Under the pieces are notes generated by a model that was given only the letters and a program-made list of their open reading frames with translations, ran no database searches and had not been told where the DNA came from. Below, piece by piece: positions 30,035 to 41,233 of a stretch of 64,000 nucleotides of DNA. Position numbers and translations under genes: made by a program. Source of the stretch: Gemmatimonadales bacterium (GTDB taxonomy: Bacteria; Gemmatimonadota; Gemmatimonadetes; Gemmatimonadales; GWC2-71-9); the NCBI GenBank assembly GCA_965249575.1, contig OZ252244.1, forward strand, positions 1,728,001 through 1,792,000. Direction: 5' to 3'. The stretch's first letter is position 1, and each line of letters begins with the position of its first letter.

Positions 30035-32178
30035 CTTCGACCAACTTGAGCCGCCGTGATTTCGTCCGCGCCGGGGTGGCCGCCGGCGCCGGTTTGACGG
30101 TCGCGATTTACCTGCCCGGATGCTCGCGCCGCGGCATGCAGGCAGCAGCGCCCACACCGTTCAAGCCCAACGCGTGGCTTCGAGTCGGGACCGACGGGTC
30201 GGTTATCGTGGTCGTGGACAAGTCCGAGATGGGGCAGGGCGTGCTGACCTCGATGCCACAGATACTCGTCGAAGAACTGGATGCCGATTGGTCGAAGGTG
30301 CGTATCGAGCAGGCGCTCGCGGGACCCGAGTACGTCAATCCCGCTTTCGGCATTCAGGGTACGGGCGGGAGCACGAGCGTCCGTGCCATGATGCAGCCGT
30401 TGAGAGAAGCTGGTGCGAAAGCGCGCCACATGCTCGTCGAGGCGGCGGCGCAGGAGTGGGGCATCGACGCCGCGAGTCTGAGCACCGAGGACGGCTACGT
30501 CATCGAGACCGGCGGAGGCCGTCGCGCCAGCTACGGCGATCTGGCCGAGAAAGCCGCGACGATGACCGTCCCCGAGGCGGTCACGCTCAAGGATCCGAAG
30601 GACTTCAAGCTGATAGGAAAGCCGATCCCACGGCTGGACATCGAGGACAAGGTGACCGGACGCGCGGGATTCGGCATCGACGCGCAAGCGCCCGGCATGC
30701 TGGTGGCGGTGGTGGCACGTTGCCCCACGTTCGGCGGCAAGGCCAGTGGGTACGACGAGCAGGCCGCGCTCGCAGTCCCGGGCGTACGACGTGTCGTCCA
30801 GATCGATTCCGGTGTCGCCGTGCTGGCCGATGGATACTGGGCGGCCAAGAAGGGGCGCGACGCCCTGGGGACTACCTGGGATCGGGGCGACATGGCCGGC
30901 CTGAGCAGCACCGACATCTCGGCCAAGTTCAGGTCGCTCGCCTCGCGCGCGGGAGTGGTCGCGCGCAACGAGGGGAACGCCGCCCGGGCGCTGCGCGGGG
31001 CGGCCAAACGCATCGAGGCGGAATACGAGGTGCCCTACCTCGCCCACGCCACCATGGAACCCATGAACTGCACCGCCTGGGTCCAAGCCGACAAGTGCAC
31101 GGTCTGGGCACCGACCCAGTATCAGTCCGGAGGCGGCCTCGGCGTCACGGGCATCGCGGCGCAAATCACCGGGCTCCCCGAGAGCGCGGTCGACGTGCAC
31201 ACCACGATGCTCGGTGGCGGGTTCGGCCGGCGGTTCGAGCTGGACTTCGTGACCGACGCGGTGCAGGTGTCCAAGGCCATCGGCGGGCCGGCCAAGGTGA
31301 TCTACTCGCGCGAGGACGACACCCAGCACGACTTCTACCGGCCGGCGACCTACAACCGGCTGGCCGCGGGCATCGATGGTTCCGGGCGACCGGTGGCGTG
31401 GCAACACCGGATCGTGGGCCCGTCCATCATGACCCGATTCGCGGCGCTGTTCGGCCCGTTGCCCGAGGGGCTCGACTCGAGCTCTGTCGAGGGTGCCGCC
31501 GACATCCCGTACGGCATCCCCAACATTCACTGTGACTGGGTCCACGCCGACGTTGGCGTGCCGGTCGGTTTCTGGCGGTCGGTTGGAAACTCGCAGAACT
31601 ACTTCATCTCGGAGGGTTTCATCGACGAGCTGGCGCACGCGGCAGGCAAGGACCCGTACGAGTTCCGCAGGGGGTTGTTGGCGGCCGCGCCGCGCCACCT
31701 GGGTGTGCTCGAGCTGGCGGCAACGAAGGCCGGGTGGGGCTCGTCACTGCCGGCCGGCCGGGCGCGTGGCATTGCCGTGGCGCACTCGTTCGGCAGCTAC
31801 GTGGCGCAGGTCGCCGAGGTATCGGTCGAGGACGGCAAGGTGCGGGTGCACCGCGTCGTCTGCGCGGTGGACTGCGGCGTACACGTGAACCCCGATATCA
31901 TCGCCGCGCAAATGGAGAGCAGTATCGCCTACGGACTGACCGCCGCACTCTACGGCGAGATCACCATTGAAGACGGCGCGGCGAAGCAGAGCAACTTCCA
32001 CGACTACCCGATGCTTCGGATCAACGAGATGCCGGTGGTCGAGACGCACATCCTGCCGAGCACCGAAGGCCCCGGTGGGATCGGCGAGCCCGGCTTGCCC
32101 CCCATCGCACCGGCGGTGGTGAACGCGCTGTTCGCAGCAACGGGGAAGAGAATCAGGAAGCTGCCGATCAAGGTGTGA
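30031..32178 (+). CDS. iorB: Tat-signal molybdopterin-binding subunit, IorB-like
   Basis: [25 protein letters not shown] and GGIGEPG motifs; ATGA overlap with the Fe-S gene. Confidence 0.9.
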   Translation: MTSTNLSRRDFVRAGVAAGAGLTVAIYLPGCSRRGMQAAAPTPFKPNAWLRVGTDGSVIVVVDKSEMGQGVLTSMPQILVEELDADWSKVRIEQALAGPEYVNPAFGIQGTGGSTSVRAMMQPLREAGAKARHMLVEAAAQEWGIDAASLSTEDGYVIETGGGRRASYGDLAEKAATMTVPEAVTLKDPKDFKLIGKPIPRLDIEDKVTGRAGFGIDAQAPGMLVAVVARCPTFGGKASGYDEQAALAVPGVRRVVQIDSGVAVLADGYWAAKKGRDALGTTWDRGDMAGLSSTDISAKFRSLASRAGVVARNEGNAARALRGAAKRIEAEYEVPYLAHATMEPMNCTAWVQADKCTVWAPTQYQSGGGLGVTGIAAQITGLPESAVDVHTTMLGGGFGRRFELDFVTDAVQVSKAIGGPAKVIYSREDDTQHDFYRPATYNRLAAGIDGSGRPVAWQHRIVGPSIMTRFAALFGPLPEGLDSSSVEGAADIPYGIPNIHCDWVHADVGVPVGFWRSVGNSQNYFISEGFIDELAHAAGKDPYEFRRGLLAAAPRHLGVLELAATKAGWGSSLPAGRARGIAVAHSFGSYVAQVAEVSVEDGKVRVHRVVCAVDCGVHVNPDIIAAQMESSIAYGLTAALYGEITIEDGAAKQSNFHDYPMLRINEMPVVETHILPSTEGPGGIGEPGLPPIAPAVVNALFAATGKRIRKLPIKV

Positions 32179-32275
32179 GGAGGACCGCGCGCCACACCGC
32201 ACTAACGGAGAGTGAGTGGTGAGCAGTGAGAAGGGCGGCCCCCCGCCACCCAGTTGGGTGACGGGGGGTCTGATC

Positions 32276-33388
32276 TTACTGCCGGATGAGGACCAGCGGC
32301 TCGGACGTCAGTGCCGGGAATGTGGTGGGGTTGCCAGGGCCGGTAAGCTCTCCCGTTATCGTCTGCCCGTCTCCTGACATCACGCCCGTGAACACCCAAT
32401 AGGTCGGTCCCATGAACTCGTCGAAGTTCATGACCACGTCGAACCCGTTCCTCGTACCGGTCCCGACCAGCGAGGTGCCCGTGAGGCCGTAACTGATCGG
32501 GGCGCTCAGGTTGAGCGTTCCGTTGTTGTCGACGACGTCCACGATGAAGTCGAGGCTGGGACTGGTGGCGGCCGATCCGTTCCACTCGCCCGTGATGGAC
32601 GACGGCATGGGAGCCGCGGCGATGCCGTATTCGCTGAAGCTATTGATCGAGCCCGTCACGGTGTTGGCGGCTTCATCGACCGTGCTGCCCGGCACGGGTT
32701 GCCAGACGCTGTTGACGACGGCCTGAAGCAAGAGATCCGCCTCCATGATGCCACTCGGAATGTCGGCTGGATCGTACTCGATGGTGAGCTGGACCGGCTG
32801 GGCGAACGTCGTGCCGTTCGGGCCAAAGTCGAACGTCGTGTTCGCCACGAGACCCGGGTTCGCAGGAGGCACGCTGACCGGGGCCACCGTAACGGTCACC
32901 GGCGTGGCCACGGCACCGGCGGGGACGACGAGGGTGACTTGACCGCCGGCCGCTGACACTGTGCCGCCCGCGGTACCGGTGGTGACGTCGATCGTGGCCG
33001 TGCCGTCGATGGACTCGGAGGTGGCGGTGATCGTCGCCATGCCGTTCGGACCGGCGGCCGTCGCCAGGCCCGCCCCATCGACGGTGATGACCGTCGGGTC
33101 GGACGACGCCCAGGTAAACGTCTTGCCGGTCAGCGTGGCCCCACCGGCGTCCAGGGCGCTCGCCATCAACTGCACGTTGTCGCCGGCGGACCCCAACGTC
33201 GTCGTCGGGGGCGTGACGTTCACCGTCGCCACTGCCGCAGCGCCCCCGCCCCCGCCCCCGCCGCCAGCGCCGCCCGCGGGCCCGGTGCCATCTCCACAGG
33301 CACCGAGGAACAGCATCGCGACTAGGGCCGAGGCAACTGGTAGCGTTGCGCCGAACACCGGTCGATCTTGGCGACGGCGGCCGGGCAT
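32276..33388 (-). CDS. Lipoprotein with Ig-like (Big_2) and ZU5-like domains
   Basis: LGAC lipobox; TWASSDPTVITVD; VPAGA...FGPNGTTFAQPV. Confidence 0.72.
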   Translation of the reverse strand: MPGRRRQDRPVFGATLPVASALVAMLFLGACGDGTGPAGGAGGGGGGGGAAAVATVNVTPPTTTLGSAGDNVQLMASALDAGGATLTGKTFTWASSDPTVITVDGAGLATAAGPNGMATITATSESIDGTATIDVTTGTAGGTVSAAGGQVTLVVPAGAVATPVTVTVAPVSVPPANPGLVANTTFDFGPNGTTFAQPVQLTIEYDPADIPSGIMEADLLLQAVVNSVWQPVPGSTVDEAANTVTGSINSFSEYGIAAAPMPSSITGEWNGSAATSPSLDFIVDVVDNNGTLNLSAPISYGLTGTSLVGTGTRNGFDVVMNFDEFMGPTYWVFTGVMSGDGQTITGELTGPGNPTTFPALTSEPLVLIRQ

Positions 33389-33482
33389 GCGTACCTCCGG
33401 GATTGTCGATTGGGTGAGAGTGCCGGTAAGCTACCGGTGAAGACGGGGTTGTCTAGCGGAATTATGAAGACGAGTATTCTCC

Positions 33483-33935
33483 ATGACCCTTCGCTGGCTG
33501 ATCGCGTCGATTCATCTCGTGGCCCTGGGCGTCGGATTGGGAGCGGTCTTCGCGCGGGCACACGCACTTCGGAGCGCCCGCGAGGCCTCCGATCTCGACG
33601 CGGTTTTTCTCGCGGACAAACTGTGGGGTGTCGCCGCACTGCTGTGGGTCGCAACGGGAGTTTGGCGCGCCTTTGGCGGCATCGAGAAGGGCACCGCGTA
33701 CTACCTGGCCCATCCACTGTTCTACGCCAAGCTCGGGATCTTCGTTCTCATCGTGCTGCTCGAGATCCGTCCGGCGGTGGCGCTGGTCAAATGGCGCCGG
33801 CTGCGAGCCAAGGCAGGGCCGGTCGATCTCGCGCTCGCTCCCACGTTCGCGCGCATCAGCTACGTTCAGCTCGGCCTCGTGCTGGTGATCGTGTTTCTAG
33901 CAACCGGGATCGCGAGGGGGTTGGGATTGGGGTAG
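33483..33935 (+). CDS. DUF2214-family membrane protein
   Basis: Four TM segments; EKGTAYYL.HPLFYAKL and ARG.G motifs. Confidence 0.8.
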   Translation: MTLRWLIASIHLVALGVGLGAVFARAHALRSAREASDLDAVFLADKLWGVAALLWVATGVWRAFGGIEKGTAYYLAHPLFYAKLGIFVLIVLLEIRPAVALVKWRRLRAKAGPVDLALAPTFARISYVQLGLVLVIVFLATGIARGLGLG

Positions 33936-34084
33936 GGGTAGGGGGTAGGGGGTTGCGAATCGCCCGTATGGTCGCCACGGCAGGTCGGCTAGTTTGTCGC
34001 ATAGGCGACGCCTTGATCGAGTTCCCTAACCCCAACTCCCCAACCCCTTGGGGGGGAAGGGAGCGGTGGCCGGCGCCGGCGCCG

Positions 34085-35294
34085 TTACCGGCCAAATCCG
34101 AGACCCACTCCGAGCGTGTGTTTGCTCGAAAGCCCTATCTGGATTCCGTCCCGTCGGGTCTTCACGAACCAGACGCCGAAATCTCCGCCCGCCAGCGGTA
34201 TCACGCCGGGATAGACGTTGATAGTCCACGTTCGGTCTCCGGAGCCGCTCCACTGAAGGTTTGCCAGCAAGGATCCGTTGCGGTCCACCGATAGACCGCC
34301 GGAGAGCCAGAGATCCACCGACTCAACTGCGGTAACCGGATCTTCGAACCTCGTGATGGCATCCCACCCCATCGCGGCACTGATATCCAACCCCCCGGGC
34401 CGGTGGAATGTGAGTCCGAGCTGGGCGGCCATCCCTTCGCGGAAAAAGATCGACGTGTTGGGAATTGGACTCAGAGGTATTTTGAAGATCAGGTTGTTCC
34501 CGTTGTTCATGACCTGCCAATCGGGAAGGGTGATAGCGGCCTGGCTGGGCCAAATCCTGGCCTTCAAGGTGCGTGAAAAAAAACCGCGCCACCGCGTCGT
34601 TGGTGAACAGGAGGATTCCTCCTGGGTCGAAGAGGAGCAGGTCGACGACCATCGACGGATAACCCGCCTCGATTCCGGGGCTTTCGTAAGCCTCGTTGAG
34701 CACCGACGCGGTAAGGCTCGTAATCGCCGCGAAGAGTCCCGGAAGGGGCACGCCGCGGGCATCGAACCACTCACTCAGCCGCCGATTGGTAATACCTCCC
34801 TCGATAAGGTGGCCCACATAGTTTGTGGCCCAGCTCATACTGCTGATGTCCCAAGTGAGCGGAAGGACGTGTCTTTCAATAGTGCGCTCCCAACCCCAAC
34901 GCTCGATTACTTCTACCGGATGGAGGACCGATTCTTCAACGGCCCCCCACCCGTAGGGGTAGTCGAAGATCCTGCGACTGAAGTTGGACAACTGAGCGAC
35001 CGAAAAACCCTTATTGAGGATGACATCCAGAGGACCGGCGGTCGCATCGCTCCCGTACGGCAACCCGAAGTAGAAAAAGGGTCCGTCATCCCGGTGCGGT
35101 GCGACGCTATCGGCCGCGCCGACTTCCCCAATAACCGATTCGCCTTGATGAGTCGTCTGGACCAGTGCTGCAGGTCCGACGCCCAGGGTGAGAAGAGCAA
35201 TAGAGACTGTTAACCCCAAGTTGTCCGTCGCTTTCCTTTGAGGCCTGCCATTGGTGAACGGCGTGGCGCCCGCCACGGGTTCAGTCGCTCGCAC
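34085..35294 (-). pseudogene. Secreted/membrane hypothetical protein split by a frameshift in A8 (34576-34583)
   Basis: Removing one base joins ...NDAVARFF to SRTLKARIWPSQ... of the 34085 ORF; start uncertain. Confidence 0.65.
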
Positions 35295-35555
35295 CCGCCG
35301 GCGGACCTCCGCCGACTACCGGACGCGCCAGTTCCTCCAGGACCCGCGCCCTAGTTTAGTGCATTCGCAGCAAACTGGAGCAGTCGCATCGCTGAGCTGA
35401 TTATGGTGCCTCCCCACCGCAACCCTTCCGCTACAGTGAGCAGGCCGCCCTCCTGGCTCCCTTACTCCCGCACCTGCGGCCTGTCGCTGAACCCCCTTTT
35501 GAGTTATGAACTACCCAACCCCTAACCCCTACTCCCTAACCCCTGGGAGACCAAT

Positions 35556-36941
35556 ATGAGTGGGCGAATCGTGCTTCTGACCGTTCTCGGAGTCCTGTGG
35601 GCGGCTCCGATCTACTCGCAGTATCCCCCCGGCCAGCAGGGCAGCTCGAACGTTCACGTGCTCGCTCATCTGCCGCTGGGCGGTGAGTTGAGCGCGGCGG
35701 ACATCGACATGGAGCAAGAGCTGTCGCGGCCCTACGCCTACGTGTCGCGGTTCGGCCGGCTCGGCGGGCACTACGGGTTCAGCATCATCGGGATTAAGGA
35801 GCCCACCCGTCCAAAGCTCCTCTACGACTGGACCATCGAAGAGCCCAAGCTCCATCAGGGTCACGGCTCCATCGACGTGCGGCACTTCAAGGTGAACCAG
35901 CGCCACTACGTCGCCGAGGCGTTCCAGTTCAGAGCCTCGGGCCCCGACAACGACCTGGGGGCGGTGGTGGTCGACGTCACGGGATTGCCCGATACGTCGA
36001 CGATCAAGGAGGCCGGGCGCATTCGAACGCCCGAGACGCCGGGCGGCTTTCACAACGTGTACGCGTACAAGCACTCGACCGGCCGAGTGCTGCTGTTCGC
36101 TACCGTACAGAGTCACCCGAGCGTGCCCCACGGGATCAACATCTACGACATGGAGTTGTTCCTGAGCGGCGCGCCGAACGACGGTCTCGTGGGGCGGATC
36201 CCCCTGCCCGAGCCGCGTGGTACACCCTACGGCGGCTACCACGACGCCTTCGTCGCGTACGATCCCGCGACGCGGCAGGATCGATTTTACGGTGGCGGAC
36301 CCGAGGTCACGCCGACGGGCGGCTTTTACGTTTGGGACGTCACCGACACCCGGGAGCCCAAGCTCCTCGCGTCGATCGTCGGCTCCGCGGGCCAGACCGG
36401 CTCACACACGTTCCTCGCCACGCCCGACGGACGGTACGTCATCTCCAAGTCGGGTGGGATCCAGCCGTACAAGATCTTCGATTTGAAGCCAGCGCTCGAC
36501 GGCGAGGTCAATAACATCACGCGTCCCGTCGGCGCGTGGTGGGCCACCGATTGGAAGATGAAGAACCAATCCCACCAGGGTGAGGTGCGCTGGCCATACG
36601 TCTTCGTCTCAGGGTATCAGGACGGCCTGCACGTCATCAACATGATGGACCCCACGGCGCCTTACACCGTCGGATACTACGACACCTACGACGGCCCGCA
36701 CGAGAACGCGCGCGCCGGTGCGCCGAAGACCCTCGTCGGCGGCACCAGCGACGGGGCGTGGGGAGTGGACGTGAGGAACGCCGACGGCCTCATCGTGGTG
36801 AGCGACCTGCGGACCGGGTTCTGGGTGTTCAAGATGGACGGTTTCGACGGCTGGAACGGGCACCAGTGGGGCGTGCCCGACAACTCGAGCGCGCAGGATT
36901 GGGATAGGGGACCGGAGGGAGCTCCCAGACCCGTGAGCTGA
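35556..36941 (+). CDS. Secreted LVIVD-repeat beta-propeller protein
   Basis: Signal peptide; repeated (V/W)DVT..P units; VSGYQDGLHVINMMDP. Confidence 0.75.
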   Translation: MSGRIVLLTVLGVLWAAPIYSQYPPGQQGSSNVHVLAHLPLGGELSAADIDMEQELSRPYAYVSRFGRLGGHYGFSIIGIKEPTRPKLLYDWTIEEPKLHQGHGSIDVRHFKVNQRHYVAEAFQFRASGPDNDLGAVVVDVTGLPDTSTIKEAGRIRTPETPGGFHNVYAYKHSTGRVLLFATVQSHPSVPHGINIYDMELFLSGAPNDGLVGRIPLPEPRGTPYGGYHDAFVAYDPATRQDRFYGGGPEVTPTGGFYVWDVTDTREPKLLASIVGSAGQTGSHTFLATPDGRYVISKSGGIQPYKIFDLKPALDGEVNNITRPVGAWWATDWKMKNQSHQGEVRWPYVFVSGYQDGLHVINMMDPTAPYTVGYYDTYDGPHENARAGAPKTLVGGTSDGAWGVDVRNADGLIVVSDLRTGFWVFKMDGFDGWNGHQWGVPDNSSAQDWDRGPEGAPRPVS

Positions 36942-36945
36942 CGAA

Positions 36946-37293
36946 GGTGAGTGGTGAGTGGTGAGTGGTGAGTGGTGAGTGGTGAGTGGTGAGTGGTGAG
37001 TGGTGAGTGGTGAGTGGTGAGTGGTGAGTGGTGAGTGGTGAGTGGTGAGTGGTGAGTGGTGAGTGGTGAGTGGTGAGTGGTGAGTGGTGAGTGGTGAGTG
37101 GTGAGTGGTGAGTGGTGAGTGGTGAGTGGTGAGTGGTGAGTGGTGAGTGGTGAGTGGTGAGTGGTGAGTGGTGAGTGGTGAGTGGTGAGTGGTGAGTGGT
37201 GAGTGGTGAGTGGTGAGTGGTGAGTGGTGAGTGGTGAGTGGTGAGTGGTGAGTGGTGAGTGGTGAGTGGTGAGTGGTGAGTGGTGAGTGGTGA
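36946..37293. repeat. Perfect tandem array (GGTGAGT) x 49.7
   Basis: 348 nt read directly; stays in phase throughout. Confidence 0.98.
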
Positions 37294-37410
37294 ACCAAGA
37301 GGGTTATGAAACCCCGCGCAGTTGGCAAGCGCGGCTCGGCCCAGTCTGTCGGTAAGGCGACGTGTGGCATGAAGTCCCAACCCCCAACCCCTACCCCCTA
37401 CCCCCCGGAG

Positions 37411-38913
37411 TCAGGATTGGGGCGGGGCGGCAGGGCAGGACCTCCTTACTCTTTCGATCGCCTCTCTCGGTCTCTCCCTGCTCACATTCCAGCCGCGCCA
37501 ATCGGCCGCGGTCCGCGGTTTCCAGTTGTCGATCGCTTTCCAGAAGTCCTCACACTGGGCGGGTGAGAGCAGCGCGGGGGCGCGGGCGACCAGCTCGGGG
37601 ATCGCGGCCGTGTGTAGCCGGGTGACGTATTCCAGGTCCAGCTCCGCGCCGGCCTCCGCGCGCTCGAGGTTGGTACGCGCGATGATGGCGTCCGGATTCA
37701 TGGCGTTCAGGACCGCCAGGGTGGCGAAGCCCGTGGTGACCGCGCCGAACGCGAAGCGGTTCCGCATTCCTCTGAGCACCGTCACGCCGAACAGCGCCAG
37801 CACGACACCGATCCACGCCATGAACGCCGTGGCGTAGAAGCGATCTTCGGTGAGACCGTAGGCGTCCATGTAGAGCCGCATGCGCTGCACCGCCGACAAC
37901 ATGATGAAGCCGATGAGGGCGAGGAGTGTCGCGGCGAGGGTCCGAAAGCGGGTCACCGTCCGGGGATTGCGCTTGTCGAGCAGCCAGTCAGTGCCGAGCA
38001 GCACCGGAAGCAGGAGCGTGCCGACCGTGACCAGCTCGAAGAAACCGCCCCGCGCGTATTCGGCGTACGTCAGGCCCGCGGTCTCCAAGATCACCGCATC
38101 TCCGCCGAACAAGTAGCGCGCCTGCAGTCCTAAGAACACGAGGAAGGTGACGCCCAGCGCTCCCAGCGGGATCCCAAGCTCCACGATGCCCAGCTCCGGT
38201 TTGCTCGGAGCCTTTGCGAGGGCCGAGCCTCCGAGTGCGAGAACCGAGTCTGTGCCGGTGGCGAGGGTGCGCAGGTAACCGGTCGACGTCCACGCGATGA
38301 ATCCTGCGAGGACGAAGTGCGACGCGATGGTGGTGAAATCCCAATCCACCAGCGACCGCACGATCCGCTCGAAGCCCGGATCGGCCGACGACAGGAGCCC
38401 ACCGAACACGAACAGCACCGGAACGGTCAGCGCCACGCCCACCGCGGCGGCTCTCGCCCGGCGCCCGCCGCCCAGCCAGCGGAGATCGTCGGGCTTCAGC
38501 ATCAACGCGCCGCCGGCCGCGTTCACGCCGCTCGCGGCGAGTCCCATGGCGTAGTCAGTGATACGCGCGAGCCGAAGCCGAACGCCGTGCAGCTGCAGTG
38601 CGGGCAGGGAGAGTGCGCTCAGGATCGCGACGCCGTTCCAAAACCGGAGGAAGCCCGAGTCCCGCCACCCGTAACAGAGGGCAAAGAACATCACGGCCAG
38701 CAGAGGCCACCCCGAGACTCGCGCGCGATTACTTGCCGGGTAGGGCAACAGGGACCATCCCGTGGCGACCGCCACCCCCATGAACAGCGGCAGATTGATG
38801 CCCCACGGTGTGGCTCTTAGCAGGCCGTCGCCAAGGATGCCGAGGAGGACGGCCAGGCCGAGGATGCCGAGTCTGTGGTGGGCGGGCGGGAATGTGGTGT
38901 CGAGGCTCTGCAT
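37411..38913 (-). CDS. DUF4153/DUF4173 membrane protein
   Basis: LLSSADPGF, TYAEYARGGFFEL and RMRLYMDAYGLT motifs. Confidence 0.82.
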   Translation of the reverse strand: MQSLDTTFPPAHHRLGILGLAVLLGILGDGLLRATPWGINLPLFMGVAVATGWSLLPYPASNRARVSGWPLLAVMFFALCYGWRDSGFLRFWNGVAILSALSLPALQLHGVRLRLARITDYAMGLAASGVNAAGGALMLKPDDLRWLGGGRRARAAAVGVALTVPVLFVFGGLLSSADPGFERIVRSLVDWDFTTIASHFVLAGFIAWTSTGYLRTLATGTDSVLALGGSALAKAPSKPELGIVELGIPLGALGVTFLVFLGLQARYLFGGDAVILETAGLTYAEYARGGFFELVTVGTLLLPVLLGTDWLLDKRNPRTVTRFRTLAATLLALIGFIMLSAVQRMRLYMDAYGLTEDRFYATAFMAWIGVVLALFGVTVLRGMRNRFAFGAVTTGFATLAVLNAMNPDAIIARTNLERAEAGAELDLEYVTRLHTAAIPELVARAPALLSPAQCEDFWKAIDNWKPRTAADWRGWNVSRERPREAIERVRRSCPAAPPQS

Positions 38914-39152
38914 GACAGGCAATGTAAAGTACTTTGTTATACAAAGCCAACCTGCCTCACCTACCCCAGGATACGATCCCAAGGCTGGACGCGGCCGCCT
39001 TGATGCGCCCTACTGGTCGACAGGCTGGCGGTTCCGCCGGTTTTACGGCCTTCGGCGTCTTACCTAGTTCGCTTTGACGACTCTGCACTTCCATAACCCT
39101 TTTACTAGAATTGAGTTACCAAGACCATGGACTTGTCGTCGTCAAGATGGAA

Positions 39153-39215
39153 GTAAATAATACTTGACAACAAGTAAAGATAGATATACCTTCATTCACG
39201 TCAATAATGTTTAAC
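39153..39215 (+). promoter_or_regulatory. Probable sigma70 promoter with three 16-bp operator-like boxes
   Basis: GTAAATAATACTTGAC (39153), GTAAAGATAGATATAC (39174), GTCAATAATGTTTAAC (39200); TTGACA at 39164. Confidence 0.5.
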
Positions 39216-39228
39216 ATTGGGAACGCAG

Positions 39229-39666
39229 ATGTCTTTCACTGAGATGCGCAGCTGGGTCTTTCTGGTGGTCACGGCGGTCGCCTACTTGGCCTACGTCGCG
39301 GTCATCCTCGGGCGAGCGCAGGGCGCCCCCACCGCCGGCGTGCCCTACGCATGGCCCATGATCTGGTCCATCGGGGCCGCGATCGTGGCGACCATCGCGG
39401 GCTCCATCCTGGCCGCGATCATTGCGGCCAAAGGTGGGGAGAGGAGGTTCGAGCCCGACGAGCGGGACGCCGGCATCGAGCGGTACGGTGACGTCATCGG
39501 CTACACCGCTCTCTCCATCGGCATCCTGGGCGCGCTGGTTTTGACGATGGCCGAGGTGGCGCACTTCTGGATCGGCAACGCGATCTACCTGTCTTTCTTC
39601 CTGGCCTCGCAGATCGGTACCGCCGTGAAGCTCGTCGCCTACCGCCGGGGCTTTCCATCGTGGTGA
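39229..39666 (+). CDS. Membrane protein (DUF2178-like, DERD motif)
   Basis: Four TM segments; PDERDAGIE; coupled to the XRE gene. Confidence 0.7.
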   Translation: MSFTEMRSWVFLVVTAVAYLAYVAVILGRAQGAPTAGVPYAWPMIWSIGAAIVATIAGSILAAIIAAKGGERRFEPDERDAGIERYGDVIGYTALSIGILGALVLTMAEVAHFWIGNAIYLSFFLASQIGTAVKLVAYRRGFPSW

Positions 39667-39941
39667 AGCCGACGAGAGTCACCAACGCCATTCGGTCTCT
39701 CCGGTTCGCGCACGGAGAGATGACGCAGGCGCAGCTGGCGGACAAGGTCGGCGTGACGCGCCAGACCATCATCGCCATCGAACAAGGCAAGTATTCGCCT
39801 TCGCTCGAAATGGCCTATCGAATCGCGCGGGTCTTCGGCGTGCCTCTCGACGATGTCTTCGAGTACCCCGACTCGGGGCCGGCTGCGGAGAAGTCCAAAG
39901 AAGACAACGACCCTGAGCGTGATGGGAGATACAATGACTAG
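39660..39941 (+). CDS. XRE/Cro-type HTH transcriptional regulator
   Basis: [29 protein letters not shown]. Confidence 0.92.
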   Translation: MVKPTRVTNAIRSLRFAHGEMTQAQLADKVGVTRQTIIAIEQGKYSPSLEMAYRIARVFGVPLDDVFEYPDSGPAAEKSKEDNDPERDGRYND

Positions 39942-40366
39942 CATAGGGCTCGCACTGGAAAGCCGGTTACGGCCGGGGACGTGCACTGCCGTGCCGGATC
40001 TCGCAGGCCGGTTTGAATCGCGGCCGGCGACAGTCGAGCCGGCCCGTGGAGGTCCGAAGGACTACTGCCTCTTCGACGAGCGTGGGAAGCACCTCGGTAC
40101 GATCGTCGCCCCCCGCATCACGCCGGTGCTCGGCGCGAGTGCGCCGACGCTCTATCTGAGGAATCGAGGGACAGAAACCGGGGCGCCGCAGAACGCGCCC
40201 GCGGCCGAACGGAAGCACAAACGCTATGAGAACATCGTGATCGCGGTCATCATCACGATGGCTATATCGAGCTTCGTGTTTGGAGCGGTCCCATGACGGT
40301 GCAGGGTATCAGCGCCACTCGCAGTTCGTCGAACCGCCAATTCCGTCATCGTCGAGGCGCCAAAGC

Positions 40367-40999
40367 ATGACGCCGAGCGTGAAGAAGTCAGAGTGGTTCT
40401 GGGACCGGGCAGCCAGGCGATACGACAGGCAGGCTCAGAAGGATGAGGCACACGACAGGGCCGTTGAGCGTTTTGCGAAGTACCTCGACGCAGACCACAC
40501 GGTTTTGGACTACGCGTGCGGGACCGGCGTCGTCTCCTTCAAGATCGCGGCTGACGTGAAAGAGGTGCACGCGATTGATACCTCCGCCGGGATGATCGAC
40601 CTGGCGAAGGAGCGGGCGCGCGAACGCGAGGTCGCGAATGTGCACTTCGCGCGGAAGACGATCTTTGACGAGGGGCTTGGGAGAGAGTCGCATGACGTGA
40701 TCCTGGCCTTCAACATTCTGCATCTGGTGGAGGATGCGCGAAAGACGGTCAAACGGGCTTCCGAGCTGCTGAGTCCGGGAGGACTCATGGTCTCCAGTAC
40801 GCCCTGCTTGGGGGAGGCTGGGTTGGTCCTCAGGACTCTCTTGCCTCTCATCAGCAAGGTCGGGATCCTTTCATACCTGAGGACGTTCCGGATCTCTGAG
40901 GTGAAAGAGTTGATGCGTGACGGAGGATTTCAGATTCTGGAGTTCGAAGTCCTCAAAGGCGCGATACCGAGTTGTTTTGCCGTTGCCCGGAAGCGGTAG
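40367..40999 (+). CDS. Class I SAM-dependent methyltransferase
   Basis: FWDRAA, VLDYACGTG and LLSPGG motifs. Confidence 0.88.
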   Translation: MTPSVKKSEWFWDRAARRYDRQAQKDEAHDRAVERFAKYLDADHTVLDYACGTGVVSFKIAADVKEVHAIDTSAGMIDLAKERAREREVANVHFARKTIFDEGLGRESHDVILAFNILHLVEDARKTVKRASELLSPGGLMVSSTPCLGEAGLVLRTLLPLISKVGILSYLRTFRISEVKELMRDGGFQILEFEVLKGAIPSCFAVARKR

Positions 41000-41233
41000 G
41001 TGGGCGCGCGGTCTGCGGCAGCCAGGGCACCGCTCGCGCCCTTACTCCACTTCTCCAACCAGGTCGCCTTCACCTCTTCACCAGCCTAGGTGGGGAAGGC
41101 GCTCCCGGGACGTGCATTGAAGGGCACTCGCGTAACCGAAGCAGCGTCATTCAAGCCCTGGTGCCCCGGCCATCCCGCTCGATAGATTCGCCTGGCCGAG
41201 CACCGCATCCCCGACAGAGGCAAAGGAGCGACG

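Noticed and set aside
29986..31698. Long antisense and alternate-frame ORFs (also 11592-12863, 41147-42373, 58580-59713)
   Set aside because: Shadow ORFs of GC-rich real genes with no recognisable motifs
36946..37293. CRISPR array
   Set aside because: 7-bp tandem unit with no spacers and no cas genes
36609..37380. ORFs with (HHSPLTT)n repeats
   Set aside because: They are translations of the heptamer array, which has no stops on the minus strand; no evidence of coding
39934..40296. Small ORF after the XRE gene
   Set aside because: Looks like a mosaic of gene remnants; no supportable product
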